Assembly (NCBI GenBank): GCA_903813345.2
Contig: CAIIXF020000001.1
Span: 41,354,001-41,418,000 of the forward strand
Direction of reading: 5' to 3'
Origin: Owenia fusiformis
Taxonomy: Eukaryota
Length of the DNA stretch: 64,000 nucleotides
Every line of letters starts with the position of its first letter. Position 1 is the stretch's first letter. Of this stretch, positions 27,401 to 40,516 are shown piece by piece. A program made the position numbers and the translations under genes. The notes beneath the pieces were generated by a model, which worked only from the letters and a program-made list of their open reading frames with translations, was not told where the DNA came from and ran no database searches.

Positions 27401-28756
27401 TTCTGTCTCGATATTCTGTATTGGCACTCGACTTCGTCTCATTCCAATACGGAATTTCTCGAGCAGAATATATCCTATATTGCACTTCAATTCATTCAAT
27501 AACTTATAGTATACTGACTGAAAGATGAACATGAATCCATCTCAGCAGAATGGAATATTTGGCATATATACCATCCCCAACTTTAACTTTATCTTGACTT
27601 TTTAGGACTTCCTCACAGAAGTGGTACAAAAGATGGGGTCTCGAAAACTAGAATGAATAATAATAAATATTTATTGTTATGACCAGCATATTAGGTCTAA
27701 AAACAATTCTCTACTTCCTTTCATTGCTTCATAATACATGTATTATGTATCTCTATGAATCTTCATTTATTGGGAAATGATTGCAAATCAAATCAAGCAT
27801 ATGACAGTGCCCTCTATATTGTTCCCCAAAGTCTCTCTCTGTCGCGTATTACTCCCTACCCAGCTATAAAATAACTTTAACATAATGACTCTGGAGTTGA
27901 TGCAAGCTTGATTGGTCCATGTAGTGCTATTATACAGACCCAAGTAGAAACTGCACTAATACACTGTGATGGAATAGGTCAACTTGTTCAAAGGGAATTT
28001 TCGCTTTCAGGAGATAATAATAACAGAAAAGTAATATTTGTGATTCCTTTAATGTTATTATTGATTACTCGTATCCAATCATTTTTCTTATCTTATTAAT
28101 GTACAAAGTTGACATAAAACATGTTTCTAGTTTTGTTCTTCCTTGGTTTGGTAGTAGAAATCATTTTATTCTACAGGTAATAGGACCATCATGGGAGTGA
28201 ATATTGCACCATTGTTGGAGTGAATATAGCACCATTTTGGGATTGAATATAGCACCATTGTGGCAATAGATTCTGTAATTCTGTCTCAATGTCATTCAAT
28301 GATTGATAATTTTCTTTAGATTGAGTTTTTGACAAGTAGCCAAAACAAAATTATTTTTATGTGAGCCCTTTTTTTGTTTGAATTTGATTGAAAATTAAGG
28401 CCCATAAACAAGTTTAATTTTCCAAAATTTTTCTATTTCATTTTTTTACTCAAACTGTTCACTGTGCCCTGATGAGGAATGTACCCATGATTCACTACAG
28501 GCAACTATCACCATGAAAGAGAAACAGATGCATTCTTTACCTACATCCTTCTGCACAAAGGCCCTGACTGAAATTTACAGAAATAGTCTATATATGCCCT
28601 TCACTTACCAGAACATTGTAACTTTTCAAGGTCATACGCTATTCCGCCTGTTGCTGTTTTAGTGTGTGCTGGGTCCAGTATATCAGGCAGGGCGTTGCGG
28701 CGACCAGTCCGCCCTGACCCAACAAAATCATCCAGTTTACACTCCACCTCAGTCAT
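24496..28756 (-). CDS. PKI: cAMP-dependent protein kinase inhibitor (PKI family), 77 aa, 2 coding exons
   Basis: Exon 28756-28609 encodes MTEVECKLDDFVGSGRTGRRNALPDILDPAHTKTATGGIAYDLEKLQCS, with the PKI pseudosubstrate DF..SGRTGRRNA and a NES-like IAYDLEKLQC, followed by G|GTAAGT. Exon 24581-24496 (acceptor ttttattttcag) continues in phase as ESEKSDTACSKSEKQDSDNAKTNGKPNS*. An acceptor tttccag lies 15 nt before the ATG (exon start 28771). Confidence 0.92.
26612..26740 (+). repeat. Short dispersed repeat with copies at about 43630-43750 (+) and 10390-10482 (-)
   Basis: Shared acaaggcattaacatgc.aaatgt..tacagacac..ggagac.ataacaatat. Confidence 0.6.
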
Positions 28757-31399
28757 CGTGAAGTTTTCTGCCTGGAAATGTAAAAAAAATGTAAAACGTC
28801 TAGTTTATCCATTATTTTTCTCATAAAATGCCACTAAAATCTCTGTTTTCTAAATTTTATCCCAAAATTCATACAAGCATGTTATATGTATCGTTCTATT
28901 TCTAGACTAGATTTGGGTGATCATGGTTACATTATAGTTGAGTTATGGTTGCTATGGTAACATGGACAATGGTACCCTGGAGCAGACCATAATAAAAGCT
29001 GGATATCAATGTTTATATCTGGGGGTTTGCATCATTTTAGTATCTTTATACAAAATTGTAATTGTGGTCTAAAAGGGAAAAAGTCACAATCATGATTTTG
29101 TGAGTATATTAAAGGTTTCATTCCATTCCATTAAGGCCTAGGCTTGAAACTCACTCCAGATTACAAATTTATCTTGATAAGCAATCTGCTTGCTTTATGT
29201 GACATCAATATATTCTGTATTTTCAAACTGTGATAAAGATATGTCATACTCTGACATCACCATAACTCTCAAGCATTCTTAAGCATAATATATTTTACTT
29301 GAATATTTGAATAATTACATTTAATATAATCAACACATCCCCATGCATTAATAATCAATGTATTATGAATACTAAATATAGCTTTCTATAAATGTTCTAT
29401 TATGTGATACTATTATTATACAGATATAAATAAATATACTAAATATAACTTTCTATCAATGTTTCAAGGCGTTAATATCAGAATATAATTTGTCCTGTCA
29501 ACAAAATACAATGGCTCTGTTTAAAAGGCCCTATACCATAGGTTACATTTTCACTTTTTATTTCAATTTGATAGGTCCATTTTATTTAATACTTCAGAAT
29601 CATTACGTAAGTATTTTAATCCCGCTGTTTGTGTTCCTCCTTTAAGGAGAGGCTCTGGCTCTGTCTTCAAGTGTAAAATAAAGAATATACTAAACATGTG
29701 GTATGTACGCCAAAATATGGCAGTGACCAAAATACAGGAACAAAAATGACATCAACGGCAATATAAGTTTACATCTGCATGTTTACATCATTCTGTATGT
29801 CTTTCAATTGATTTTACTTGTTAAATAGACTTTATGTAAGATTCTGTCTTATCATATGTCAAACGATGTAATAATTATTGACTAGGCCTAGTGAATTATC
29901 CTCCAGCTCATCCGACAACTTATATTATACCCTCTCTTGAATCAAATATTGATATTTTAGGAGTAAAAATGTACTCACTGCTCATAAATGTTCTTAGCTA
30001 GATTTGAACCTCATACAAGACATTAGCATTGTTCTAACAATCTAGGAAGCTGTGGTGTTTGCTCAAAGATTTCAACAAAGGCATTTGTTATAGAATTTTA
30101 GCCAGCTTTGTAAAACCCTTGTTTGCTGTTCCACTTATAGAATGAGGAAAGGGGGCCACTAAATCCACATAGTCTATTGTATTCTGATTAATGGTACAGT
30201 TAAAGGGAAAGTCCCAAGAAAAAAAAACAATTTACCCATAAAAATGAATGAAGAATCACCTTAATTTGGTGCATTTCTAGAAATGTGTAAAAGGATACTG
30301 CATGTACCCTTCTCTCTTCATTACAATCATCCTCGTTGCCAGGTGGCTCTGAAGGTTCATGTGAGAGCTTTCCAAATTTCACCCACGAAAAATTATGACT
30401 TGACTTTATAGAAAAGTATGCTTTTTGAGAATTTTAAGGGGAACTGATGTACAATTCCCATAAATTTGGTTAAAATTTATATGGTTTTCCCAAAATTAGA
30501 GCAATGTAGGGCTCACCTAATAAAATAGAGATCATCTTAACAAATTAGAACCCCCTCCATATAAGAGCTAGCTACGGGTCTAACAAATGTTATGCAAATC
30601 GAAATAATATTTTAATTCAGGTAATGTTTGAACAATAACTCTCTGACAGCTACCTATTTAAATTATGTAGAAATGTGATATAAGAGCAACAATGGTAGAA
30701 CTTGGGATTTCAAAATCAAACTTGCTCAATTTACAAATGCCAGCTGCATGCTACTACAATAGGTTTTTCACTTCAGACTGAAATATAAAACTTTTTAATT
30801 AGTTCAGATTCATGCAACATAATGTAATCTTAGCAATTTGAGCCTCATCAAAAATAGAAGAACAAAAAGCATTTAAGCATTTAAATGAAATGAAAGCTGG
30901 GGGGGGGGGGGGGTGTTAAGTTTATGTATGTAATATCTTAATACAAAATCAAATTGCTAAAATTGGACTAATTGAAGTTTTATATTCCAGTTTGAAGTGG
31001 GCAATGAGGACAATGAAGGCTCTAACAAAAATACATTTCTGTTTTTCATACAGAGCCCTCATTGTCTCGATGAAAATGACAGTTTCAAGATTTCAAAGAT
31101 CAATTTTTGCCTATTTCAACATTTAAATTCATGTGCATTTGTATGACACTACTAGTATATAAACTTAACTAAAACAAAACTTTATACATAAAACCTGTCT
31201 AAGTGAACACCTCTCTCTAGTGAATACCTGTTTCTAGTAGACACCTTCCTCCACACATACTCTACTGACGTCTGTATAAATTACCCTCTCTCTGTAGTGA
31301 ACACTTACCAACAACAAATGTTTTTTCTTGGCACAAAGTTGTTCAATATAAAAGGTTTTACTGTTCTTATATCAACTATAAAAACATAACATTACAATA

Positions 31400-31831
31400 A
31401 CCCAGATGCGAGTAGAAATAATCTTGATTTACGTCATTAAAAATTCAGAATTCAGTCAAAGTAATATCATATTTGAAATCTACATCTAAAATTACATCTA
31501 GAAATGTGGTTTTAAAAAGTGTTAATCAACTTTGAAAAATTAATTTTCTTTGAAAATGTGACTTCTAGCTCGGGGAGATTCCCCAAAGACCCCATGCTAT
31601 AAAATCACTAAAAATGAAATATCTTTTCTTTTAGTGGACAGATAATATTTTGCTTTACTGGACATATTTTCATTTGTATAAGTATCAGACGCATAAGGGT
31701 TCTATGAAAATTGAGCCACTTAAGTTGATAATATTCAAGTTTAAGGGAACTTTCTTGTATACCTGCCATGTTAATTGACCCGAATCAGCCACCTGGTGGT
31801 GAAACTGGTAACTACCTACTCGCATTTGGGT
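31400..31831 (+). mobile_element. About 430-bp MITE with terminal inverted repeat (TIR) ACCCAGATGCGAGTAG (piggyBac-like ends)
   Basis: TIRs at 31400-31415 and 31816-31831. Related copies at about 1795-2218 (+), 19460-19890 (-) and partial 43982-44078 (-). Confidence 0.8.
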
Positions 31832-33424
31832 AATTGTCACTAGGCTTTTAGACTCCAGGAGATTCTCTGGTGAGAACCCTGCAATTAAAGATGCAGATGT
31901 ACATGCATATTGAAAGTCTGAGATGTTCTATCCTCAGTTACCAGTGCTATATACAGATAATAGATTGTTGTGTTGTTAATAAAATCATCCATACCATCCA
32001 TTTATCTTTCTAATAGGAGGAACAATACATCCATGAATGTCAAATTAACAATACACATGATCAGAAAATGACGATGGTTAATAACTACTCTGTACTTCCA
32101 GGAAAGAAATTTTATTGACATTCCAGATGCTTCCTTAATCCATTAGACTATTTTTGTAGCTGAATTTTACATGTAATACAATAAATAATATTATTTCTTG
32201 TTAGATAAGCGCATTTGAAATAATATACACAGAGATGTTCAAGTCATTTTCTCTTGGTGCAACATATTTCATTTCTCAAATCACACAAGGATATACCATC
32301 GTGGTAAGCCACACCCTCTCCATCTCAATCCTTCTGCGATGCAACAGAGAGAGAGAGATGCTATGAGTATATCAGAATGAGGATATTCTGATTATCAGGA
32401 CCAATTTAATCTTTCACTAGCTTGGGAAAAGTCATGACAAAGTAGACCAAAGTGGGAAGGAGTATTGTGATACCGATTTAAGTATCACCAATGATGTGAT
32501 AACAAATTCTTATGAGATGAAATTACTTTTTATACTTAACAGCATTAGAATATAAGACACTTGATATTCAAGTCATGGTTTCAATCAACATAACACACAT
32601 ATAAATGGGATGTAAAACTACAAGATATAATTACACTTCACTATGCTGGGAATCAAGAGGCATCTCAACAAATAAGATAGTGAGACCCAGATGTCATTTT
32701 CCCTGTCATATATACATATCTCTTGATTTGGATTTTGCTACTAGAGTTTGCCATTGGGAGGGATATTTGACAATGTTTCTTATTATGTATCATTATTTAG
32801 AATTTTGGGATTTGCTTCTTCGTGACCAGTTGTGCTTTCGATGTTCTTGTTTCTCAGTGTTTCCTTCATACATAGTTTTTTTGCATGGCCATTGTGCTCA
32901 CATAATCATTAACACCAAAGATCTTGAGAGAAAGAGATTATTCAGAAGCAACAGTAGAAATGTATTTAGAAAACTCCCTCCTTTGTTAAAACATTTACAT
33001 CATATAGGGTCTGTGGGTAGGTATGACTTATCTCCTAATAGACATTGAAACTGACTGAAAACATATTTTACTCATTCAGATAAAAATGTTTTAAGTACAA
33101 ATTCCAAGAACTCCAAATAATAACATTTGCATTAAAAATCTATATTTACCCTCTAGCTCTACATTATGACAGCCTCAAAACATCCGCAATCTATCTAATA
33201 TAAGGTTAATTAATTTTTTTACATACGCATTAAAAATCGATAGCTTAACTTCCATGTACCCTGGAGAAGTATTCTAGCTAGTTAATCCCAAAAATCTGTG
33301 TTCATTATTTTATATATTATGATCATAGGATTTATTGCAAGATTTTATCATTATTTCACCCTTTGTACTTAGGAGTCTGCTTTAGTTTCCTAATGCAATA
33401 TCACATCTACAGCCTCACTTAAGT

Positions 33425-34392
33425 AAAAAATAAAGGACCCACGGTCCTGTGCTCACACAGTATAGAACCTTCAGAGGAATGTATATCCCGATTTTCAAAC
33501 AAAATTATTGATTTTGATTTGTAGTCTCGAACTTTTAGAAACTTAGATAGCACAGTTTGTGACCTAGTTTGAGGACCTTTGACCTTGAATATTTTATACT
33601 TATTCAGAGCTCAGTAGCTCTTTTGTGATTAAGGTGATCAAAATTTACATCCAAATAATCAATTTGAAAAATCAATTTTTTTCGAAGGTGACTGAAGGTC
33701 AAATCTCAAAACAAAGGTCAGATTTGAACTCCTGGCAACTTGTAGACGATTTTCCCCAAAAAATGGTCAAATTGAAGTAAGTTTGAAAAATAACTTATTT
33801 TTACAGGTTTTTGACGTCAAATATCTCAAAAACGGTAAAAATTTGATGCTGACATATATTGAGCAATATGTAGGGAATACTTAAATGTAGTAATGATGTA
33901 ATTCATTGCAAGTAATGAACAAGTATAGGGACAAACTTTGAGAAACTTGTCATTCACAAAACCTGCCATTGACATATATATGAGAAAGTTCCCTGAAAAT
34001 GAGTCCTACTTTTTGTCAAATTTTATAGAGTAAACACCAAAAACTGTAATTTCAAGAGCTTTGAAATCTTCAGAGAACATAAGTTGCATATACAGCAACT
34101 ACTACAAGTTATTTGAAAGTTCTACTTCAACAAAGTGTCTAATATTTACAGGAAATTTGACTTTTTGACGTCAAAATCAGCAATTTCTCGGAAACCGAGC
34201 GAACTTGGGAAATGGCGATAATAAGTCAAATAGGCATTATGGATATGCATAAAATGAATGTGGATATGACTCAATCCGAATAGCAGTTTTAAATTGTGTG
34301 GCCAATGTTGACAGACGGACCAACGAACCGACCAATGGATGGACCAACGGACGGACGGACGCCTGGTCGATCCCACTGTGTGAGCCAAAAAA
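33425..34392 (-). mobile_element. HINE/DINE-1-like element, family 2
   Basis: On the minus strand: T-run, subterminal GCTCACACAGT, (GTCC)n-type microsatellite (34310-34360), distal inverted ACTGTGTGAGC, hairpin AGGACC-GTG-GGTCCT and a T-run. Confidence 0.75.
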
Positions 34393-34465
34393 ACACCTGA
34401 AATATTAGAATGCACAAATAAATGATACAGATTAATCATAAGAGGTATGAAACATTAGTACTCAC

Positions 34466-34645
34466 TTGATATAAGGGCCCTATTGGGAGCCCTATAGAAA
34501 CTGTTGACAATTTCTGATCTTTGGTATATATATATATATAGCTGTTTCTGCTCCCTCAATCTTAATATATTACTCCATCTTCCTCGCCATGGATTACATA
34601 CTGTTCTTTCTTATTCTCCGTAGCTGGTATTGTATTCTGGAAAAT
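34466..34645 (-). other. Candidate 5'-UTR exon of PKI (180 nt)
   Basis: Minus-strand acceptor ctttgtcttcacttacag| at 34646 and donor caa|gtgagtac at 34465. Contains short uORFs (ATG TAA; ATG GCG AGG AAG ATG GAG TAA). Confidence 0.4.
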
Positions 34646-35006
34646 CTGTAAGTGAAGACAAAGATATTGAATTCTACATTTATTCACCTGTGCAAATTCT
34701 ACATGCTGACATTGAATTGTATCTTTTAGGTTTGCTTGTTTTATCTCTGACTATCACTTGATGGAGCTTTCTTTGGGAAAGGGCAGGTAATATTCTCCCT
34801 TATGTTGTCCTAGTGATATTTAAGTATATTCATTTCCATGTGGTAACTAATCTTGGGTTCTAATCTATTGGATCTAGAAGTGCATTCATGGATGAAATAC
34901 ATACAGCTAATAAACCAACCTTTAACTAATAAATAAAGTCTTATATTGCAGGTCCAGCCCAAGGGTTTAATTATACAGAGGCAAAACAATTTTCTCAAAA
35001 TAGCAT

Positions 35007-35152
35007 TAATGCCTGGGTCACATTTGCTGCGATTCATCGGCCAGCGCCCGGCCGATTGAGTATTCTGTTCAAAACGGAATACATTTGTGAACAGGATACT
35101 CAATCGGCCAGGCGCCAGCCGATGAATCGGAGCAAATGTGACCCAGACATTA
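35007..35152. mobile_element. 146-bp palindromic MITE (PIF/Harbinger-like ends)
   Basis: taatgcctgggtcacatttgct...agcaaatgtgacccagacatta; self-complementary over nearly its whole length. Confidence 0.7.
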
Positions 35153-38100
35153 CCACTAAGACAAGCATAAAGTTAGAGGGGTAGCTATAGAGGGGGTATT
35201 ATGATCTCCTGACCTACCTCGGAAAAATAAGATTTTTTCAAATGTCAACCATGAAACACACAAATTTTCTTGCTTTTGAGATGTAAAAGGGAATAAATCA
35301 TAGAATAAATGTGCTGATTAATGTACATTGTAATTAAATCCGCTGTCTCATTGGTAAGCCTGTTTTGTAGAGCCAGTTGCTTATATCTTATATCTCAATT
35401 ATTTTGTATTCTTTTAATAAACTAAATGAAAGACCAATGCACTGCGTAATAAAGGTGTAACAATTCCTTGAAGAGTCAGACTCCTAATAAATAGCAATTC
35501 AATGGGTCTAAAGGTTAAGGTGATATTTATACAGCCTATACAGTACAAATGTATCTAGATTGATTAAAGACTGTGGAAAGTCTACTGACAGATATTCCTA
35601 TCACTAAAATAATTTTTTTAATTGATTGGCGCCTTAGAGCTGAGCTTGTTCGTAGACTAGGGATTGAAGGTATATCCACTTTATTGTAATATGAATTATT
35701 TATAATTTCAACATGAATTATAAAAATTAGCCTAAAAGAGAATTCTAGCCTATAATATTCACACAACTTCAAAATTAATTCTTAGATAGTCCAATATGCT
35801 CATGAAACCATTGCACTTTATATAATTCAATCAAAAAAATTAAAATTAAAATTATTATTTCATGAATGTACTGACAGATGAATGAATGGTCAAACTGCAT
35901 TGTTAAATGAAATATGTTAATACTAGAAGTATTCTGCATATTTTTTGTCACAAAAACTGTGAAGAACAAGGGTTTATGCTTGTAGGATATAAGGACCTGT
36001 AATTATGAAATATGTCTGGTCCGTAACATCACTGCCTGACAAAGGACCTGTAGCTTTGAAATACGGCTGATCAATATTAATTTCAAAAATGAAAAGCATA
36101 CTTAAATTTTCAGATTCCCATGAATTAATCAAAAAATTATAAATGGGAATTCCCTTTGTACATATTCTCCATGCTATGGAAAGTCAATTTCCAATCATCA
36201 AACATGACTTGAAAGGCATTTTAAATACATGTATAATCCACTGATCATGCAGTCCGGCAATTTTCAGTTTTTATGAGCCTGTATGAAAATTGGTCATTCT
36301 GGTCTGATAGTCCTGCGCTTAGGAAATACTCTAAATGTTATCATGTTAAAGAACACTGCATCAATAAAATCTAAATTTCAAGTTGCATTTTGTCTGTTTA
36401 TGCTATCATTGGAGTCATGAGAGGAGAGTCACTAAAATCCAATCTACAAAGAATCGTCACCAATTGGGCTGATGAGTTTATCACGCAGCCGCAAAGTCAT
36501 AACCTTTTACATTTGCTCAAGTCAAACTTACTTGATTAATACAGCTTAATTCCTCCTGATCCAGTACATGAAATCCTTGATAAAATTATTTTCCAGTTAA
36601 ACAAGAAACAGAAGTTATTTTTATGTAGATGTTAAATGCATTCTCTCACGAACTGCTCAACGTCAGTAATTTATTCTTCCAGCATTTTCTATCTATCAAT
36701 AGTTAACATGTGTGATTTATAAAACAGCACAGCAATAGAATCATTGAAGAGAGTAGATTACTGGCAGATGCTGTTTCCAACATTAAATTTTGCAACAAAT
36801 AAGATATCCATACATTACCATTCATTATTCATAGTTATTGTTCTAATCTGCCTTGAGGGATTTACCTATCCTCAACTCAAATGCTACTCTAGTACATTCC
36901 TGGCTGCTATACAGAGGATGAAGTTTATAGACTAATCGTGTTTGCAGTACTAGTAATAACAATATAGATTAGAACGTTATTGAATGTGATAAAAATAGAA
37001 CTCGGTAATGCATCTTTTGATTAAAAATACCAGTAAATGTATTGTATTACTTAAAGGTACAGACTCTATACTGTAGTTTTACATAACTTAAGGCTTGGAC
37101 CTACAATACAGCTTCTTGTAATATTACATAGATTCAAACCTCTCCTTGTTTCTTTAAGTACAAACCTCCTTTGGTTTACTGAAACATCACTGATTGGCCA
37201 GTAGAAAAACCAAAAGATATGGCCTCTTAAAGATAGAGATCTATACGTGCAAATATCTCTCTGTATTATATTAAGGTGCAAACCTTGGATTGAATATACA
37301 GACCCCCCCCTACCTCAAGGATACAACTATCATTTCCCATACCTTACCTGGTCTTGAAGAATTGGTAGGTTTTGCAGTATCATTTGTTCTTGATAACATC
37401 CCAATTTACATTCTTGACCTCAGATATATGACCCCATCAAGGATAATTATGACTCATTTATTTATTTACATGCATGTACATGTAAATATAAACAATTTGC
37501 ACCTGTTTGGATGAAAAGTAAATCAATTTTGAAAATGAAAAATTTGATGCAAATTCCTCGATTCATACATTACCAATAATTCAGTAATCATGAATGTTTT
37601 GTGAAATCCTCGACTTTCACCAGTTTTCAGATTTTGACATTTTTCATAAAAATAGGTCAAATTGAAAGAGTAGGTTAAATTACAAACAAAAATGTCATGG
37701 ATAGGTATAACCCATCTTGATCCATCAAGGTATTACATAACTGAAGGAATACACAGACATGTTAGGTTCTATAAAAGTAACGCATCATTAAATCATTATT
37801 AGAGCTACATTGCAAAAGAAGTGTCATATTTTTGATCTGAAATATATCACTTACACTTACTTTTATGCCTGCCGTATTTTTATATCCAATATGCCAGCAA
37901 TCAAATAAGTACGCAATTTCTTGATTATATACAACTGAACTATAAATCAATAGATTAGCTATCTTAAATCCAAAATTGCAAATCTACAAGGAGGTACTTG
38001 AAGATAATCTTTTTATATTTAATCTATATTTCAGATTTAGCTTTTGTAAAACAATCAAATAAATCTTATGATCTCTGAATTATTTTCATCAGTATTGTTA

Positions 38101-40516
38101 TTGTCCGTGTTCTAGCTGGAATGATGGTGTGAATAAACTAACTTTGATAGTTATGTATTCAAAGAGAATTCACTCGAAATGAGTCTGACATCGCTTAGAG
38201 TATTGCAAATGCCACTTCTTCGTTCAACTTCAGAAATGATCAATATTTCCCTGGATGGCCCTAGCATGGAATATAATCCCACGCCACCCCCAATTATCCC
38301 CGGGGCTTGGACATTATGAGTTAAAGCACCAAATGAGTATAATCTTCAAAGATCATTAATAACAGATTAAGGATATGTGGTATGTTCCAATCTATTTTTT
38401 ACGGACAATGATTTACTGCAATAGGTCATCTTCAAGGGAGAAAATTAGCAACAGTTATGCTATGTACTGGGATAATTCAATCCTCCTTTGGTAATAATTT
38501 GACCGTAATGGACTAATGAAATCCTTGTAAGTGGTGGTAGGGGACTTGGGGTCAAGTCAAAAATATCTGGCAAATAAGTACCTGATTTTGTTTTGACTAA
38601 CCCCCCATGCAAAATAAATCGCAATTGCTTATTTGTATATGTTGCATTAACCTAAAGGAAGTATACAGTTTCCAAAGTTCTGTTTTGGGGTATGAATTTT
38701 ATGAACACTAAACAGTACTACATCTCATAGATACACAATAGGTCTCTAATAAAATCAGAACCAGTTATAAATCTAAAACTCATATTCTGTCAAAGGAAAC
38801 ATACCAGGCTGCTCTAACTACACTGGATGAAAAGAGAATACTGAATATATCTCAGGAAAACAGTAAATTAATTTTGGCAAAACACAAAATGGGCGTTAAT
38901 ATCTATGTCTCCCAAATAAGAAATTAATTTTTCAACAAGACCCCTTTAAACAGAAGTACAGAAACATATTAAATTAAGCAATCATCTAATGGCCTAGTCA
39001 TTCTTATATTATGTGGGAGTTAAGTGACTCTAATCCAAGATAGGTCACAAATAATATTTTTCAAGTTATTTCAAAACAAAGTCATCAATAGCTTCAAAGG
39101 TAAAAAACTGTTATAATTCAATTTAAAATCTAGAAAGGATATATTTTTGAAATATCTGACATATATTTTCTCATTCTAGTTATAAAGAAAAGTAATTAAT
39201 ATTTTTGTATATCATCTTATACATGAAGATGGTATAGTTCCTCATGTTGGCCCATCATTTTATAAAAATTCCTTAAAACTGAATATATTATATATATAGG
39301 AACTCTTATTATACCCCCATAAGGTCTTCAAACTTGGCTGGTACATTCTTATAATAAAACACATTTTCCATGTCATACTATCCCTTTAATGAATCAGAGC
39401 AACATATGATAAACAAATGATTTAGATCTATAGGTCATCTCGTGATTGCATAAATCAATGCTGGTACTTTAATTATATTGGTACTGTACCCTTTGAAGCT
39501 AATGTTATTCAGATAAACCCATGCAATCAATGATACAATTCTATTTAATAATAATAACATAATCATGAAGATTAATACTGATCTGTATTGATTCTAAGAC
39601 TATGTAAAGAAACAATACAGTACCTCAAAAACAAGATTTTTATGAATGTTTTCTGAACCAATTGGTTAGAAAAACGATCGCTATTATTTAAAACCAGAAT
39701 GTTATTGCAGCCTTCACTTGAAGATTTTTCTAAAAATAAAGTCAAAAGTAGGATCTGTCATTATTAAAGGGAAGTAATAAATTATAAGAAATATTTTCGA
39801 TTTACCGTCTAACGTTTTCCTTTTATCTCAAATTACATCTATAATACAATAAAAATCTTTGCTAGAACTGCTCAGAGAAATGTAAAACGTTTTATATGTC
39901 TCTGAACTGCTTAAAAAGTCTGTCGAATATTCCTCTAAAAACTTGTTGTCTAATTCAATTTCATCAAAATTAAATACTAAATTCAATTTTACAGCCTGAA
40001 CTACATGTACAGTACAAATTGAGTACGCAAAGAGTTTATGGTGACAGGGAATTTTTACTTTCAATTCAATATATACTATATCCCCATATCCCCTTGGAAT
40101 AACATAGAACATCAACTTCTAATTTCCTTAGAGGTCTTTGTATGAGACCAATAACTAGAAATTGCTATTTATATTCATACAACAGCTGGGATAGGGTCTT
40201 ACCTAATATAGTTGTCACCATCTCTGCAATGCTGTCATTTTACTTAGCTGTTTCCAATCTGAAATGACAGCAATAAGAAACAGAATATTACATGTGAAAT
40301 AGAGTAATTGCTGTTATAAGAAAGTAATAATAGAGTTTATATTAACTTCTACTACCTAGAGACTATTGACTGCAATAGTCATCTAAAGTAGTCTAAGGAC
40401 GTCAAATACAATATTGTAGAAAAAATTGATAATAATATGTAGAAACTGTAATGATCTTATCTTTCAATCATATATACGGGTAAAAGAGTATATGCTTCAT
40501 ATGAGCTTGATAACTA

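Noticed and set aside
30200..30382. Acidic minus-strand ORF as an extra PKI exon
   Set aside because: Weak splice sites and no PKI similarity.
32605..33048. 147-aa ORF
   Set aside because: No recognisable domain, splice context or coding-like composition.
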